From: an uncultured Spirochaetota bacterium
GTDB lineage: Bacteria; Spirochaetota; Spirochaetia; SZUA-6; Fen-1364
Assembly: GCA_963745235.1 (NCBI GenBank)
Contig: CAVUXE010000028.1
Span: 32,001-96,000 of the forward strand
DNA: 64,000 nt
Reading direction: 5' to 3'
Shown here: in pieces, positions 9,618 to 19,903 of the stretch
Layout of the letters: each line of letters starts with the position of its first letter
Position numbering within the stretch: position 1 is the first letter of the stretch
Program-made: the position numbers and the translations under genes
Notes under the pieces: model-generated
The model's database searches: none
What the model saw: only the letters and a program-made list of their open reading frames with translations
What the model was told of the DNA's origin: nothing

Positions 9618-10568
9618 TTAGTACGGGGAGGAGGCGTCGAGATACTGGTCGACGTTGTCCTTCGTGACGGCGTTTGCGGGGATGATGACCTGCTTCTGGT
9701 CGGGCATCTTCCCGTTCATGATGTCGACGGCGTACTTGACGGCGTCCTTCACCATGAGGGGCGAGTACAGGAAGGAGGCCAGCGCGATGGGCCCTCCCGC
9801 CTTGATCGCATTGAAGTATTCCTGCGCCCCGCCGGCTCCGGTCTCGATCTTGATGTCCTTGCGCTTGCTCTCGGAAATCGCCTGGAGGACTCCAATGGAA
9901 AGCTCGTCATCGATGGTGAACACCGCGTCGATGTGCTTTTCAGCGTTCAGCAGGTCGCTCATGATCTTCAGGCCGGCCTCCTTGGAGCTGTTCTCAGCGC
10001 CGACTTCCTTGGCAATCTTGATGTTGGGGAACATCTGGGTCATCGTGTCCTTGAACGCGTTCACCCTTTCGGTATGCACGGATCCGTACGCGGGGACGCC
10101 CACGGAAACGACAATGCCCTTTCCGCCCAGCTTGTCGCCAATGAACTTCGCCGCGTTCACGCCGATCCCGGCATTGTCGCCGGCCAGGTAGAACGTGGGC
10201 TCGAGCTCCACTTTGCGGTCGAATATGATCAGGGGAATCTTTGCGTTCAGCACGCGCTGTGCTGCCGGGGTCAGGGGCTTGGTGTCTGAGGGCAGCATCA
10301 CGATGGCGCTGACATGCTGGGCGATCAGGTCGTCGACCTTGGCGGACTGCTCGTTGGGATTGGCGCCCGTGGTCAGGATGTACTTCACACCCAGGGCTTC
10401 CGCTTCTTTCTTCGCATTGTAGATGACAGCCGCCACCCAGCCGTGATCCGCCGCGGGGAAGCTCATCCCGAGCACCTTCTCCTTGGGCTTGGCGGGGCCG
10501 CAGCCCGCGATCAAGAGCACCGAGGCGGCGAGCGTGATCGCCGCAAGAACCATGATTCCTTTTCTCAT
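9618..10568 (-). CDS. Sugar ABC transporter substrate-binding lipoprotein (RbsB-like)
   Basis: Signal peptide with lipobox IAGC; Peripla_BP_4-like sequence; AGGAGG RBS before ATG 10568. Confidence 0.9.
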   Translation of the reverse strand: MRKGIMVLAAITLAASVLLIAGCGPAKPKEKVLGMSFPAADHGWVAAVIYNAKKEAEALGVKYILTTGANPNEQSAKVDDLIAQHVSAIVMLPSDTKPLTPAAQRVLNAKIPLIIFDRKVELEPTFYLAGDNAGIGVNAAKFIGDKLGGKGIVVSVGVPAYGSVHTERVNAFKDTMTQMFPNIKIAKEVGAENSSKEAGLKIMSDLLNAEKHIDAVFTIDDELSIGVLQAISESKRKDIKIETGAGGAQEYFNAIKAGGPIALASFLYSPLMVKDAVKYAVDIMNGKMPDQKQVIIPANAVTKDNVDQYLDASSPY

Positions 10569-10681
10569 TCCGGGTACCTCCTTGAAGAGTTTGGATCCAT
10601 CAGCACGGATGGATAATTCCACTTGCTGCGGCTGCCGGGTCCACCCTGCAGCGTGGCACCTCCTTTCGCCCGCGCAGGCGC

Positions 10682-11965
10682 TTACAGTGCGTCCTGCTGC
10701 CGGCGCAGCCTCACGACAGTCTTCGACTCGTCCAGCTGCACGTCCCTCCATGTGATCACGGCGCCCCTCCTGACCGGCCTCGTCACTCGCGCTCCGGGGG
10801 CAAGCCCCACGGGAAGCGCGCCGAGCTTCCAGGCTTCTTCCGCAGTGTCCAGGCTGCCGTGGAAGGTGAAACCGCCGAAATCGTCCAGCCTTTCTCCGGC
10901 CGCGAGATCCTTCTTCGCGATGGTAAGCACATCCACCACCGGCCGTGGCAGCGGGGTGAGCCACGGCTCTCGGTACAGATGCGCCCGCGCTACGGAGATC
11001 GGCGCTTCCAGAAACCACAGGTGATAGGGACGAAAAAAGGTCGTGTACTTCCCGTTGCCCGCCTTCAGGTATCTCAGGTCATCCGCAATCCGGGCATTGT
11101 CGGTTCGAACGGTGACAAAGACGCCGCCGGACATGTCGGTGCCCTGCACAAAATCCACCACGCCGGGGAACGGGCAGATCCCTCCATCCTCTTTCAGGGA
11201 GAAAATGTCAGACACCGTCTTTCGCGTTGCCTCGGGACCCACCATCCCGCGCTGTATGGGCAGGCATCCGGTTGCGTTGGCTACGCAGGCCATTTCGAAC
11301 ATCGTCTTGGTGCCGTCCACATAGGAGGCGATGGTGAAGGGGTCCTTGCCGTCCCTGCGGGCGGACTCGGCAACGGTATCCGGAGTCGCCGCGGTATTCA
11401 TCGCGTTGTTTTTTCCCTTCCCGATGGCCACGGCTTCGAAGCCGAGGGTCTGCACGTAGTCCCACAGCTCCATGATGCAGCCCGGCTCATCTCCGCCCGA
11501 GACGGTGTAGAGGATGCCTGCCTTGTCTGCGAGGTGCTTGAGGACTCTTCCCGCGGTGACATCCGCCTCGATGTTCACGAGGACCACGTCCTTGCCGTTC
11601 TGGATGCAGGACCACGCGGTCTCGGCGCCGATTGCCGGAGATGGAGTGACGTCCACCACGATGTCCACGTCGTGAAGGTGCGCGGCTAATCCATAGAGGC
11701 CGGTCGCCACGCGCTTGCCGGCCCGCAGCGCATCCGCGGCGGCGGAAACCTTCTCCGTTTCCACGATGCTCTCGGCAGGGACTCCCGTTGACTGCAGCAC
11801 CGATCGGGCGAGCGCGACGTCCGTGTCCGCAAGGACAGACACCTGCATGCCCTTCATCCGGGCGGCCTGGGTGACGAATCCGCTGCCGATCCAGCCGGCG
11901 CCGCTCACTGCAAGGCGGATGGGATTGCCCGCACTGTCTCTTTTTCGAAGATCGCTCAGGAGCAT
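10682..11965 (-). CDS. Homoserine-dehydrogenase-like NAD(P) oxidoreductase with C-terminal SAF domain (COG4091-like)
   Basis: GAGWIG Rossmann motif, NIEAD, GDEPG, GKGKNN, DGTKT..EM, FRPYHL and AKKDL..GE.LD (SAF). Confidence 0.82.
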   Translation of the reverse strand: MLLSDLRKRDSAGNPIRLAVSGAGWIGSGFVTQAARMKGMQVSVLADTDVALARSVLQSTGVPAESIVETEKVSAAADALRAGKRVATGLYGLAAHLHDVDIVVDVTPSPAIGAETAWSCIQNGKDVVLVNIEADVTAGRVLKHLADKAGILYTVSGGDEPGCIMELWDYVQTLGFEAVAIGKGKNNAMNTAATPDTVAESARRDGKDPFTIASYVDGTKTMFEMACVANATGCLPIQRGMVGPEATRKTVSDIFSLKEDGGICPFPGVVDFVQGTDMSGGVFVTVRTDNARIADDLRYLKAGNGKYTTFFRPYHLWFLEAPISVARAHLYREPWLTPLPRPVVDVLTIAKKDLAAGERLDDFGGFTFHGSLDTAEEAWKLGALPVGLAPGARVTRPVRRGAVITWRDVQLDESKTVVRLRRQQDAL

Positions 11966-11969
11966 GGCC

Positions 11970-12947
11970 TCACCTCCCGCCCTTCGCGGCCACCACGTCC
12001 AGCGCGGCCTCCACGATGTCCGGGGCGGCAAAATGGTGGCGAGCCATCAGCTCCTCCACGGAACCGGATTCCAGGTGGGTATCCTGAACGCCGATGAAGC
12101 GCATCGGGACCGGATGTTCTTCCGCGGCCACCTGGGCAACGGCCGCGCCCATTCCCCCGCGCACGAGGTGCTCCTCCGCGGTCACGATTGCCCCTGTTTC
12201 CCGGGCGGCGGCCAGGACCGCTTCCCGGTCGATGGGTTTCACGCTGAGCATGTCCAGCACCCTGGCCTGGATGCCTTCCTTCTGGAGCGTTGCGGCCGCG
12301 TCCAGGGCCACGCCGACCATCAGGCCGCACGCGGCAAGGGTCACGTCGGCGCCGTTTCGCACCACGTTCGCTTTTCCGATCCTGACCCGGCACTTTCCTT
12401 CCGCGTAGATTCGAGGGAACTCGCCGCGGCTGGAGCGGATGTAGACGGGACCCACGAAGTCTGCCGCGGCCTTGACGCAGGCGGCCATCGCGGTCTCATC
12501 GCTGGGAACAAGGATGGAGAAGGAAGGAAGGCCTCCCACGAGGGCGAAATCCTCGATGGCGTGCGAGGTGGGGCCTTCCCGACCGGTGGAAATGCCGGCG
12601 TGGCTGCCGAGCAGCTTGACGTTCAACCCCGCAATGGACACCTGCAGCCGAAGCTGGTCGTAGGCGTTGGGCAGCAGGAAACAGGGCAGGCTTCCGACAA
12701 ACGGGATGAAGCCGCAGGCGGCAAAGCCTGCGCTCACACCCACCAGGTTCGCCTCTGCGATGCCGATGTTGAAGAAGCGATCCGGGAAAGTATTCCTCAT
12801 GAGCCCCATCCCGGTGGAGCTGGAAAGATCTCCGTCCAGGGCGATCACCCGGTCATCCGCCCGCGCGACCTCCACGAGAGCACCGGCGAAGGCGTCCCGC
12901 ATCTGCTTCGTGCCCCGAGGGAGCCCGGCCTCCTCACCGATGCGCAT
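11970..12947 (-). CDS. Transketolase, C-terminal (pyrimidine-binding) subunit
   Basis: DGDLSSST, GIAEAN, VKPID and EEH...GG motifs. Confidence 0.9.
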   Translation of the reverse strand: MRIGEEAGLPRGTKQMRDAFAGALVEVARADDRVIALDGDLSSSTGMGLMRNTFPDRFFNIGIAEANLVGVSAGFAACGFIPFVGSLPCFLLPNAYDQLRLQVSIAGLNVKLLGSHAGISTGREGPTSHAIEDFALVGGLPSFSILVPSDETAMAACVKAAADFVGPVYIRSSRGEFPRIYAEGKCRVRIGKANVVRNGADVTLAACGLMVGVALDAAATLQKEGIQARVLDMLSVKPIDREAVLAAARETGAIVTAEEHLVRGGMGAAVAQVAAEEHPVPMRFIGVQDTHLESGSVEELMARHHFAAPDIVEAALDVVAAKGGR

Positions 12948-13773
12948 GCAGTATCTCCTCCCGGGCCTGTTGCAGCTGGTCGCCGACGGGCGAGCGGGCG
13001 TGGAACGTGTAGTCGCTTTCCATGAAGGACACGCCCTTTCCCTTCTTCGTATGGGCGATTACCACCTGCGGGCGGCCCTGAACGACGCGGGCGCAGTCCA
13101 GGCGCCTGCGAAGGTCCTCCATGTCGTGACCATCCGCCTCTTCCACGTGCCAGCCGAATGCCTTCCATTTCTCGCCGAACGGCTCCAGGGCCATCTCGCG
13201 GGCTATCGGGCCCGTCTGCTGGTATTTGTTGTAGTCCACGATGGCTGTCAGGTTCTCAACCCGGAAGTGCGCTGCCGCCATGGCGGCTTCCCACACCTGG
13301 CCCTCGTCGCACTCACCGTCCCCCAGGAGCACATAGACGCGGAACGCATGGCGTCCCAGCCGTCCGGCAAGCGCGGTCCCCAGACCAAAGGAAAGGCCCT
13401 GGCCCAGCGATCCGCTTGTCACCTCGACACCAATGGCGACATTCTGCTTCGGGTGGCCGTGCAGCGGCGATTCCATGGTTCGAAACCCCGAGAGCTCGGA
13501 GACGTCGAAGAACCCCGCTCGGGCAAGCACGGCGTACAGCGCGGGAGCGGCATGGCCCTTGCTCAGGATGAACCTGTCACGATCCGGCCAGGTGGGCTCC
13601 GCGGGCCTCACCTTGAGGATTCCCCCCGAATAGAGAACTGTCAGTATCTCCACGACGGAGAAGCAGCTCGTGGGATGTCCGCCCATCCGCGCGGTCATCT
13701 CCAGGACATCGAGCCGGACCGACCGCGCGATCTCCTGCAGCGCCGCGAGGTTTGTCCTTCCCGCTTCCGTCAT
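12934..13773 (-). CDS. Transketolase, N-terminal (ThDP-binding) subunit
   Basis: DRFILSKGHA, GHP, SGSLGQG and GDGECDEG..N motifs; ATG 13773 overlaps the upstream stop. Confidence 0.92.
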   Translation of the reverse strand: MTEAGRTNLAALQEIARSVRLDVLEMTARMGGHPTSCFSVVEILTVLYSGGILKVRPAEPTWPDRDRFILSKGHAAPALYAVLARAGFFDVSELSGFRTMESPLHGHPKQNVAIGVEVTSGSLGQGLSFGLGTALAGRLGRHAFRVYVLLGDGECDEGQVWEAAMAAAHFRVENLTAIVDYNKYQQTGPIAREMALEPFGEKWKAFGWHVEEADGHDMEDLRRRLDCARVVQGRPQVVIAHTKKGKGVSFMESDYTFHARSPVGDQLQQAREEILHAHR

Positions 13774-14750
13774 GCCGCCCCGGCCTTTCCGGCGCTGCCC
13801 ATGACCCGGGTGATCTTCCTGACGTACAGGTCCTTCATCTCCCGGCGGGCTGCCGCGAGGTACGCGCGCGGATCGATTGCCGCGGGGTTCTCCGCAAGGG
13901 CCTTCCTGACCGCCGCCGTCATGGCGAGCCATCCGTCCGAGGCGATGTTGACCTTGCAGACTGCGGACTTGACCGCCCGGATCACCATTTCCTCCGGGAT
14001 CCCCTGGGCTTCCACGAGCGCGCCGCCGAATCGATTCAGCGTGTCAACGTACTCGCTCAGCAGGGCAGAGGCGCCATGGAGCACGATGGGAAAGCCCGGC
14101 ATCAGCTGCCCCATGGCCTCCAGGATGTCGAAGCGAAGGGGCGGCACCGGCTCTCCCTTTCTGGTCTTGATCTTGACGATTCCGTGCGAAGTCCCGATGG
14201 AGACCGCAAGGCTGTCCACCCCCGTCATCGCGATGAACTCCATGGCGCGTTCGGGGTCCGTGTACTTCGACTCCGCGGCAGTGTGATCCTCCTCGGTCCC
14301 CGAGAGCACACCCAGCTCGCCTTCCACGGACACCCCGTGCCGGTGGGCATGCTCCACTACCCTCGCCGTCAACTCGATGTTCTTCTCGAAGGGCAGAGCG
14401 GATCCGTCGATCATCACGGAGGAGAACCCGTCTTCGATGCAGGACGCGCATTCCTCCGCCGATGTTCCGTGGTCCAGGTGGAGCGCCATGGGAAGCGGGC
14501 GGCCGTGGGCCTTCATGGTCTCCACGCAGCCCTGCGCCATCCTCCGCACCATGGCCGGGCCGATGTAGGCGCGAACGTTCGCCGAGCACTGAAGGATGAA
14601 GGGAGAACGGGTCTCCATGGCCGCCTCGACGATCGCGAGCATCTGCTCCAGGCAGACGAAGTTGAAGGCCGGTACCGCGTAGCCTCCGGCGTGCGCCATT
14701 CGAAACATGTCCCGGGTGTCGACGAAACCAAGCTCGCGGTGTGCTTCCAT
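13770..14750 (-). CDS. fba: Class II fructose/tagatose-bisphosphate aldolase
   Basis: VPAFN, LHLDH, EGELG, SIGTSHG, VLHGAS and KVNI motifs. Confidence 0.88.
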   Translation of the reverse strand: MEAHRELGFVDTRDMFRMAHAGGYAVPAFNFVCLEQMLAIVEAAMETRSPFILQCSANVRAYIGPAMVRRMAQGCVETMKAHGRPLPMALHLDHGTSAEECASCIEDGFSSVMIDGSALPFEKNIELTARVVEHAHRHGVSVEGELGVLSGTEEDHTAAESKYTDPERAMEFIAMTGVDSLAVSIGTSHGIVKIKTRKGEPVPPLRFDILEAMGQLMPGFPIVLHGASALLSEYVDTLNRFGGALVEAQGIPEEMVIRAVKSAVCKVNIASDGWLAMTAAVRKALAENPAAIDPRAYLAAARREMKDLYVRKITRVMGSAGKAGAA

Positions 14751-14758
14751 ACCCTTGG

Positions 14759-16189
14759 TTACGCCCCCCTCAGGTACGACCCGATCTGCTCCGCCGTGGG
14801 CTGCACAGGGTCGGCTTTCAGGCCAGGGATGAAACGGGTGGCCTCATACAGGGCAGGGGCATACTGCCCGTGGATTCCGGCCACGTGGTGGATGTACGGC
14901 CCGCGCACGAGGCGCTCCTCCCACATCGGCCAGTCGGGGACTTCCACCCACAGGTAGGTGCCCAGGGTGAACGGGCCGGTCGGTGCCGCGGCCGTGCCCC
15001 ATGAGAAGCGAGTATTCGCCGCCGATGCCGTCGAAGCGCGCTATCGTGACGTCCCCCCCTTGATCTCGAAATTGCCCGGTGCCCGGCCGGTGAGGCGGTA
15101 TCACGAAGTGCGTGCCCAGGAAAGCTGCGTTCGGCTCCTTGACGAGGGAATGGGGGAAGTTCCCGCAATGCCAGAGACAGCTCAGCATTGTTGTTCGTGG
15201 GGTGGCGGACGGTCAGGTCCGCAAAGAACGGGGGCGTGCTTTCGAATGCGGCGGCTTTCAAGAGGAGAGCGCTCAAGGCGCCATGGATGTCCGTCTCGCA
15301 TGTCACCGGCACGCCCATGGCCGCGAGCTCTCCGTTCACGAAACAAGGATAGATGCCCAGCGTGTCCGGGAGGTCGTCGTGACATTTGAAGGCGATGGCG
15401 CTCAGCTCTTCCTTCTCCGCCCAGTCCGCGAGGAAGACCTTGAGCGCGGCAATGCGCTGAAGCGCTTCGTCGTTCACGCCCTTCAGCGAGACGCGCCCCT
15501 GATCGCCTCTGCGGTCTCCTTGACCCGGCGGTCTCCGGCGGCCAACTCCAGGACCCGCTTCGCGAGGACCACGAGGTCCATCGGCACCATCTCGATGCCC
15601 CAGCGCTGGATCAGGTCCTGCTCGTTGATCATGACGGTGTAGAAGTTCGGCGGCCGGGTGCTGATCTGGCCGATGCGGGCGCCCAGGAAGCTTTTCGCGG
15701 CGGCAACGGCGGAAAGGAACGTGCGGACGCCCCTCTCGAAGGCGGGATCATCCAGGCGGGAGTTCACGATCCAGGAGAACTTCACGCCGTACTTCTTCAG
15801 GACGTTCGCCGTGGCGAACATGCCGCACTGCGTGTCGCGAAGCCGCGTGCCGTCCGGGAGCGGGGACTCATCCCGCGGCCCCCAGATCAGGAGGGGCTTG
15901 CCCACGGCGCGGGCCAGCTGGCACACGACCTCCTCTGTCCCGAAGTTCACGTGCGGCGCGAACACCGCGTCGACGCTCGGCCTTCTTGAAACAGCTCCGC
16001 GGCGGCCGCGGCGTGGGAGCGCTCGAAGAGGAGCCCTTCCTCGTTCACGGCGTCGATGTTCACGAAGTCAACGTTCCACTCTGAGAGCTTCTTCTCCACC
16101 AGGACCTTGTAACGCGCCGCGTCCTCTGCCGAGAAAACGAACCTGCGGGTTGGGGCGAGTCCGACGAGCAGCCTTTTCCTGTTCACCAT
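14759..16189 (-). pseudogene. L-fucose/L-arabinose isomerase family protein broken by about 6 indels (probably sequencing errors)
   Basis: Consecutive frame segments join into GLAPTRR..., PHVNFGTE, GPRDE..RDTQCG, CETDIHG, WHCGNFP and GPYIHH; shifts near 15975, 15495, 15178, 15075, 15056 and 14980. Confidence 0.8.
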
Positions 16190-16229
16190 GATTCCTCGAT
16201 CCTCCGTCATCTTCCGTGGATGGCGCGCT

Positions 16230-16977
16230 CTACCGGGCGCCGCCCACCAGCTCGTTGTGAAGCACGTAGCGATCCGCGCGGTAGTACACGCGCAGGTACT
16301 CCATGGGGATGTCATCCTGGGAGAAAGTGACTCGGTCGAAGTACAGAAGGGGCGCACCGGGCCTGATGGAGAGCAGCCTGGCAATCCTGAGAGGCGCCGG
16401 GATGGCCTGGATGGTCTGCATGGCGCGCGACCACAGGATTCCGTACTTCTTCTCCTTGACCTCCCGCAGTGAGTTCACGGAGAAGTCATAATTGAGGATT
16501 CCGGGGATATAGCGATGGACCAGGAAAGATTCCTCAACGCACATGGGCTCTTCATCCGCAAGACGCAGCCTGTCGATTCGCGCGAGCTCCTCGCCTGCCG
16601 GTATCTTCAGCCTCTCTGCGATATCAGCGGAGGCGGGCATGAGCCCCGGTGAAAATGATCCGCGTCCGGGGGGTCAGCCCCCGCTGCTTCATGTCATCCG
16701 TGAAGCTCACGATGCGGGCCATCCCGTGCTCCAGCTTGGGATGGGCCACGAAGGATCCCCTCCCCCGCTCCCGCACCAGGAGCCCTTCAGAAACGAGCAT
16801 GTCCAGGACCTTGCGGACGGTGACGCGGCTGATTCGGTAGGTGTCCACCAGCTCGGATTCGGGAGGGATCATGTCTCCCGGTTTCCATGCCGTAGACCTG
16901 ATTTTGTCCTGCAAGAGGTTGTACAGCTGGTGGTAGAGCGGGATCTTGCTGTTGGGGTTGAGATTTTCAGCACTCAT
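16230..16977 (-). CDS. GntR/HutC-family regulator with UTRA domain (one frameshift, extra G at 16644-16647)
   Basis: wHTH 'IPLYHQL..IPPESEL..ISRVTVRK..RGRGSFV' followed by a UTRA domain ending YRADRY. Confidence 0.88.
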
Positions 16978-17039
16978 GACTCCCTCCACGAAAGCACCGT
17001 ACCTCCTGCTTCCTCGGGGTGTTGTCGCCGTAGTCGGGC

Positions 17040-17072
17040 TAATGTATTAACATTAAGATGATCATATGTCAA
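17040..17072 (-). promoter_or_regulatory. Sigma70-type promoter overlapped by a GntR/HutC-type operator
   Basis: TTGACA (17067-17072, minus), 17 nt, TAATAC; palindrome TAATGT-N4-ACATTA at 17040-17055 covers the -10. Confidence 0.7.
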
Positions 17073-17154
17073 TATGATAATGTAAAGTCAAATGCGTGGC
17101 CGGATGAAGCGTGGCGCGGCGCTGCCGTGTGAGACGAGGATTGTTCCGTGACCC

Positions 17155-17571
17155 TTACTCCGCATGCACCTCGAAATACGAGACAGCCCATCCCCGTTGC
17201 GTGTGCCGCAATCGAACGAGGAAGGGAGCTCCAACGTGAAAATTGACGTAGACGACATCGGGATCCACCTGGGCTCCGCGAATGGTCCGAACGATGCGCT
17301 GAACCCGCGACTGCGCGGGCCTCACGGACGCCAGGGAAACAGAGTGCCTCGATGACGCGAGGAAGACGACATCCTCGTTGGCGGCAAACGCCCGCACGTC
17401 CGTTCCAACATCGCCCCCGTGGTCGGTCAACTGGTATGCGTCTTCGATCCTGCCATTCTGCAGATCCGCGACGAAGCGAAACGCCAGACCCATCGCCTCA
17501 GGCGGTCCGGAGGGACGGAAAAAGAAAAGGGCGAGGGCGAGAATCGCGGCCGTGGCTGCAGCCGCCCCCAC
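17155..17571 (-). CDS. Hypothetical membrane-anchored protein (possibly NTF2-like fold)
   Basis: GTG start coupled to the PilZ stop; N-terminal hydrophobic helix; 'FVADLQNG..EDAY.L' and C-terminal 'GW.V' pattern. Confidence 0.55.
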   Translation of the reverse strand: MGAAAATAAILALALFFFRPSGPPEAMGLAFRFVADLQNGRIEDAYQLTDHGGDVGTDVRAFAANEDVVFLASSRHSVSLASVRPAQSRVQRIVRTIRGAQVDPDVVYVNFHVGAPFLVRLRHTQRGWAVSYFEVHAE

Positions 17572-17885
17572 TAACCGACGAGGGAGATTGCAACCACGCA
17601 GATGTTGTCGCTCATGAGGGTCCGAATGATCCTGCCTCGAAGGCTCTTTTGGGACGTATCGACTCCGAAAACAACGCTGCCCGTTTTTCCTATGTCACCT
17701 TCTGATGGCGAAAGGGCGGGCTGCTGATCAAATTTCAAGAGGAGACCACCTTCGGACATGTTCAGGACTACACAAGGGCAAGGCCTGGTCTCGAGAGTGA
17801 ACACCGCCGGAATGCTGGCTGCAATGCGCTCGCTCTGTCTGCGTTCAGTTGCCTTCTGGTCATGTTCAGCATTCACGTCTGACAT
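17571..17885 (-). CDS. Stand-alone PilZ-domain protein (c-di-GMP receptor)
   Basis: ERRQSER (RxxxR) and NMSEGG ([D/N]xSxxG) motifs; GGAGA RBS. Confidence 0.82.
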   Translation of the reverse strand: MSDVNAEHDQKATERRQSERIAASIPAVFTLETRPCPCVVLNMSEGGLLLKFDQQPALSPSEGDIGKTGSVVFGVDTSQKSLRGRIIRTLMSDNICVVAISLVG

Positions 17886-17978
17886 TCTCCGGTGCCTCTT
17901 CGAGTGAAAACACGTGCTGACTACTCTACCACGTCAGGAGGAAACCCTCAAACGAGAGCTATTGGTATCGAGCGATTG

Positions 17979-19793
17979 TTAGGATTCTACGAGCTCCATG
18001 TTCTTTCTTGGTGAATATCCCTGGAGAGCAAGGTCGTGTTCGCCGACGCGCGTCTCAGGTTCACCCTCCACCTTGAACTGGCCTGCGATCGCCTGAAGTC
18101 CCTGGGCCAGCTCGGAAAGCTGCTCGACAGCGCCGGATATTTCCCGTGCCGAAGAGGCGGCAGCGTGGGTGACCTGATTCGCGTCTTCCACGGCGCCCAG
18201 GACATGCCTCGCCTTCTCCGTCTGCTGTTCGGTTGCCTCGGAGATGCCCTTGCTCATGGCCCCGATATTCTGGAGGACTTGCGAAAGCTCTTTCACCGCA
18301 AGGACCTGCTCAGCCATCGAGGTGGATACCGAGGCAACCATTTCCCTGACCTGCTGCGATGCCGAGTGGATGTGGTCCATGGCCAGCCGCGAGTTCCCCG
18401 CGGTCTCCACCCCGCGCGCCACGTTCCCCTTGCTGAGCAGCATCAGGCGTTCGATTTCCTTCGTGGATTTCGAGCTGCGCTCCGCAAGCTTTCGTACCTC
18501 GTCTGCAACGACCGCGAACCCGCGGCCATGATCCCCTGCCCGGGCCGCTTCGATGGACGCATTGAGAGCCAGGAGGTTCGTCTGGTCCGCAATGTCGGAA
18601 ATGACATCCACGATTCCTCCTATCATTTCCGAGCTCTGGGAAATCTCCCGCATGCCGCCTGTTACCAGCTGCGCCGCCTCGGAGCCTTCCCTGGCCTTCG
18701 CCATGGACTGGTCGGCCAGCTCCACAATCCGGTCGAAGCTTTTCGAAACCTCCTCGATGGCGTTCTGCGCCCGCTCCATGGTCACGGAACCCTGGTTCAC
18801 GGCAGCTGCCTGTGAGTGCGCGGCGCGGGAAACCGTGACGACGGACGCGGCGAGGTGCCCCGCGGAGGCGCTCGTCTCATCGAGCGAGGATGCCTGGCTC
18901 TGAGCGCCTTCAGCGATATGAACGATGGCGGAGTTGATCTCCTCGGTGGACACGGCAACCAGACTTGCCTCTTCCTGGATCCGCGCCACCATATGACGAA
19001 GCCGCTCGACCATCCCGTTCAGTGCGTGAGCGAGCTTCCCCACTTCATCCTTGCGGTTGACCTTGATCTGCTGCCCGAGGTCCCCCGCGGCCACCAGCTC
19101 CGCCAAAGCGATCCCCCGCGCCAACGGTCGGGTTATTGAAATCGCAAAGGAGATACCAATGAGAATGGCCAGAAGAGGCCCAACAACAAGCGCGACTGCC
19201 GCGGCTTTGCGCACGTCGGCGATCACAACCTCCCCGTTCTGCGCGGCCTGGAGGGCGTACGCGTTCTTCAGCTCAACGCTGGATGAGAGAATCTCAAGAG
19301 CATGTTCTCGCTTCGCTCCTTCAACACCGAGAACCTGCATAACCATCTTTTCATGGAGTGCTTGGGAAGGGGAATCGCGAAAGGATTTCTCCATCGTGAC
19401 GAAGACTTCGTGCTCTTTCCACCAATCGTCCCACGCCGGTTTGAGCTCAGCCCACAATGCCTGCTCCGCGTCCGTTCTCGAAAGAGGCTCATAGGCGCCA
19501 AGCGCATTGCCGGCGGATTGTTCGGCGTCTATCAGGTGCGAATAGGCGGTTGCCCGATCCTGGTCTTTGACTCCCGCGACAAGCAGCAGGCTCTCCGCGG
19601 CCTGCACCTCCTCCATCGCAACCTTGAGGCTGAGAAGAGAGACCGATCCGGGGAGAAGGCCTTTCACGGCTGAGTCGAGGAGAGCGGCAACGCGGGTGAC
19701 GCTCGTCATGCCGAAGTACCCGACAGGCACTATCAGGAGAGACACGAGCAGAAACCCACCGAGCATCTTGGGGACCAACCTGATGTTCCTCAT
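17979..19793 (-). CDS. Methyl-accepting chemotaxis protein (4HB sensor, HAMP, MCP signal domain)
   Basis: Two TM helices, HAMP 'RKDEVGKL', and [38 protein letters not shown]. Confidence 0.95.
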   Translation of the reverse strand: MRNIRLVPKMLGGFLLVSLLIVPVGYFGMTSVTRVAALLDSAVKGLLPGSVSLLSLKVAMEEVQAAESLLLVAGVKDQDRATAYSHLIDAEQSAGNALGAYEPLSRTDAEQALWAELKPAWDDWWKEHEVFVTMEKSFRDSPSQALHEKMVMQVLGVEGAKREHALEILSSSVELKNAYALQAAQNGEVVIADVRKAAAVALVVGPLLAILIGISFAISITRPLARGIALAELVAAGDLGQQIKVNRKDEVGKLAHALNGMVERLRHMVARIQEEASLVAVSTEEINSAIVHIAEGAQSQASSLDETSASAGHLAASVVTVSRAAHSQAAAVNQGSVTMERAQNAIEEVSKSFDRIVELADQSMAKAREGSEAAQLVTGGMREISQSSEMIGGIVDVISDIADQTNLLALNASIEAARAGDHGRGFAVVADEVRKLAERSSKSTKEIERLMLLSKGNVARGVETAGNSRLAMDHIHSASQQVREMVASVSTSMAEQVLAVKELSQVLQNIGAMSKGISEATEQQTEKARHVLGAVEDANQVTHAAASSAREISGAVEQLSELAQGLQAIAGQFKVEGEPETRVGEHDLALQGYSPRKNMELVES

Positions 19794-19833
19794 ACCCCCT
19801 CCTGGGCTCACGTGTGAAGATTGTGGGTTTCCA

Positions 19834-19860
19834 TATTCGGCGGCGACTGTTAGGGATTAA
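19834..19860 (-). promoter_or_regulatory. Possible sigma28 (FliA) promoter for the MCP
   Basis: TTAA-N15-GCCGAATA on minus, versus consensus TAAA-N15-GCCGATAA; about 40 bp upstream of an MCP start. Confidence 0.45.
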
Positions 19861-19864
19861 TTAA

Positions 19865-19896
19865 GGGGACAATTTCACATGGAAAGAATTGTCCCC
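19865..19896 (-). terminator. Probable intrinsic terminator closing the 31.9-19.9 kb operon
   Basis: Perfect 10 bp inverted repeat GGGGACAATT / AATTGTCCCC just after the stop at 19904, followed by TTAATT. Confidence 0.55.
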
Positions 19897-19903
19897 AGTG
19901 GCA

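Noticed and set aside
14759-16189. Programmed frameshifting or phase variation as the cause of the split genes
   Set aside because: The runs are only 3-7 nt, with no slippery heptamer or long SSR, and they hit unrelated genes; sequencing error is simpler
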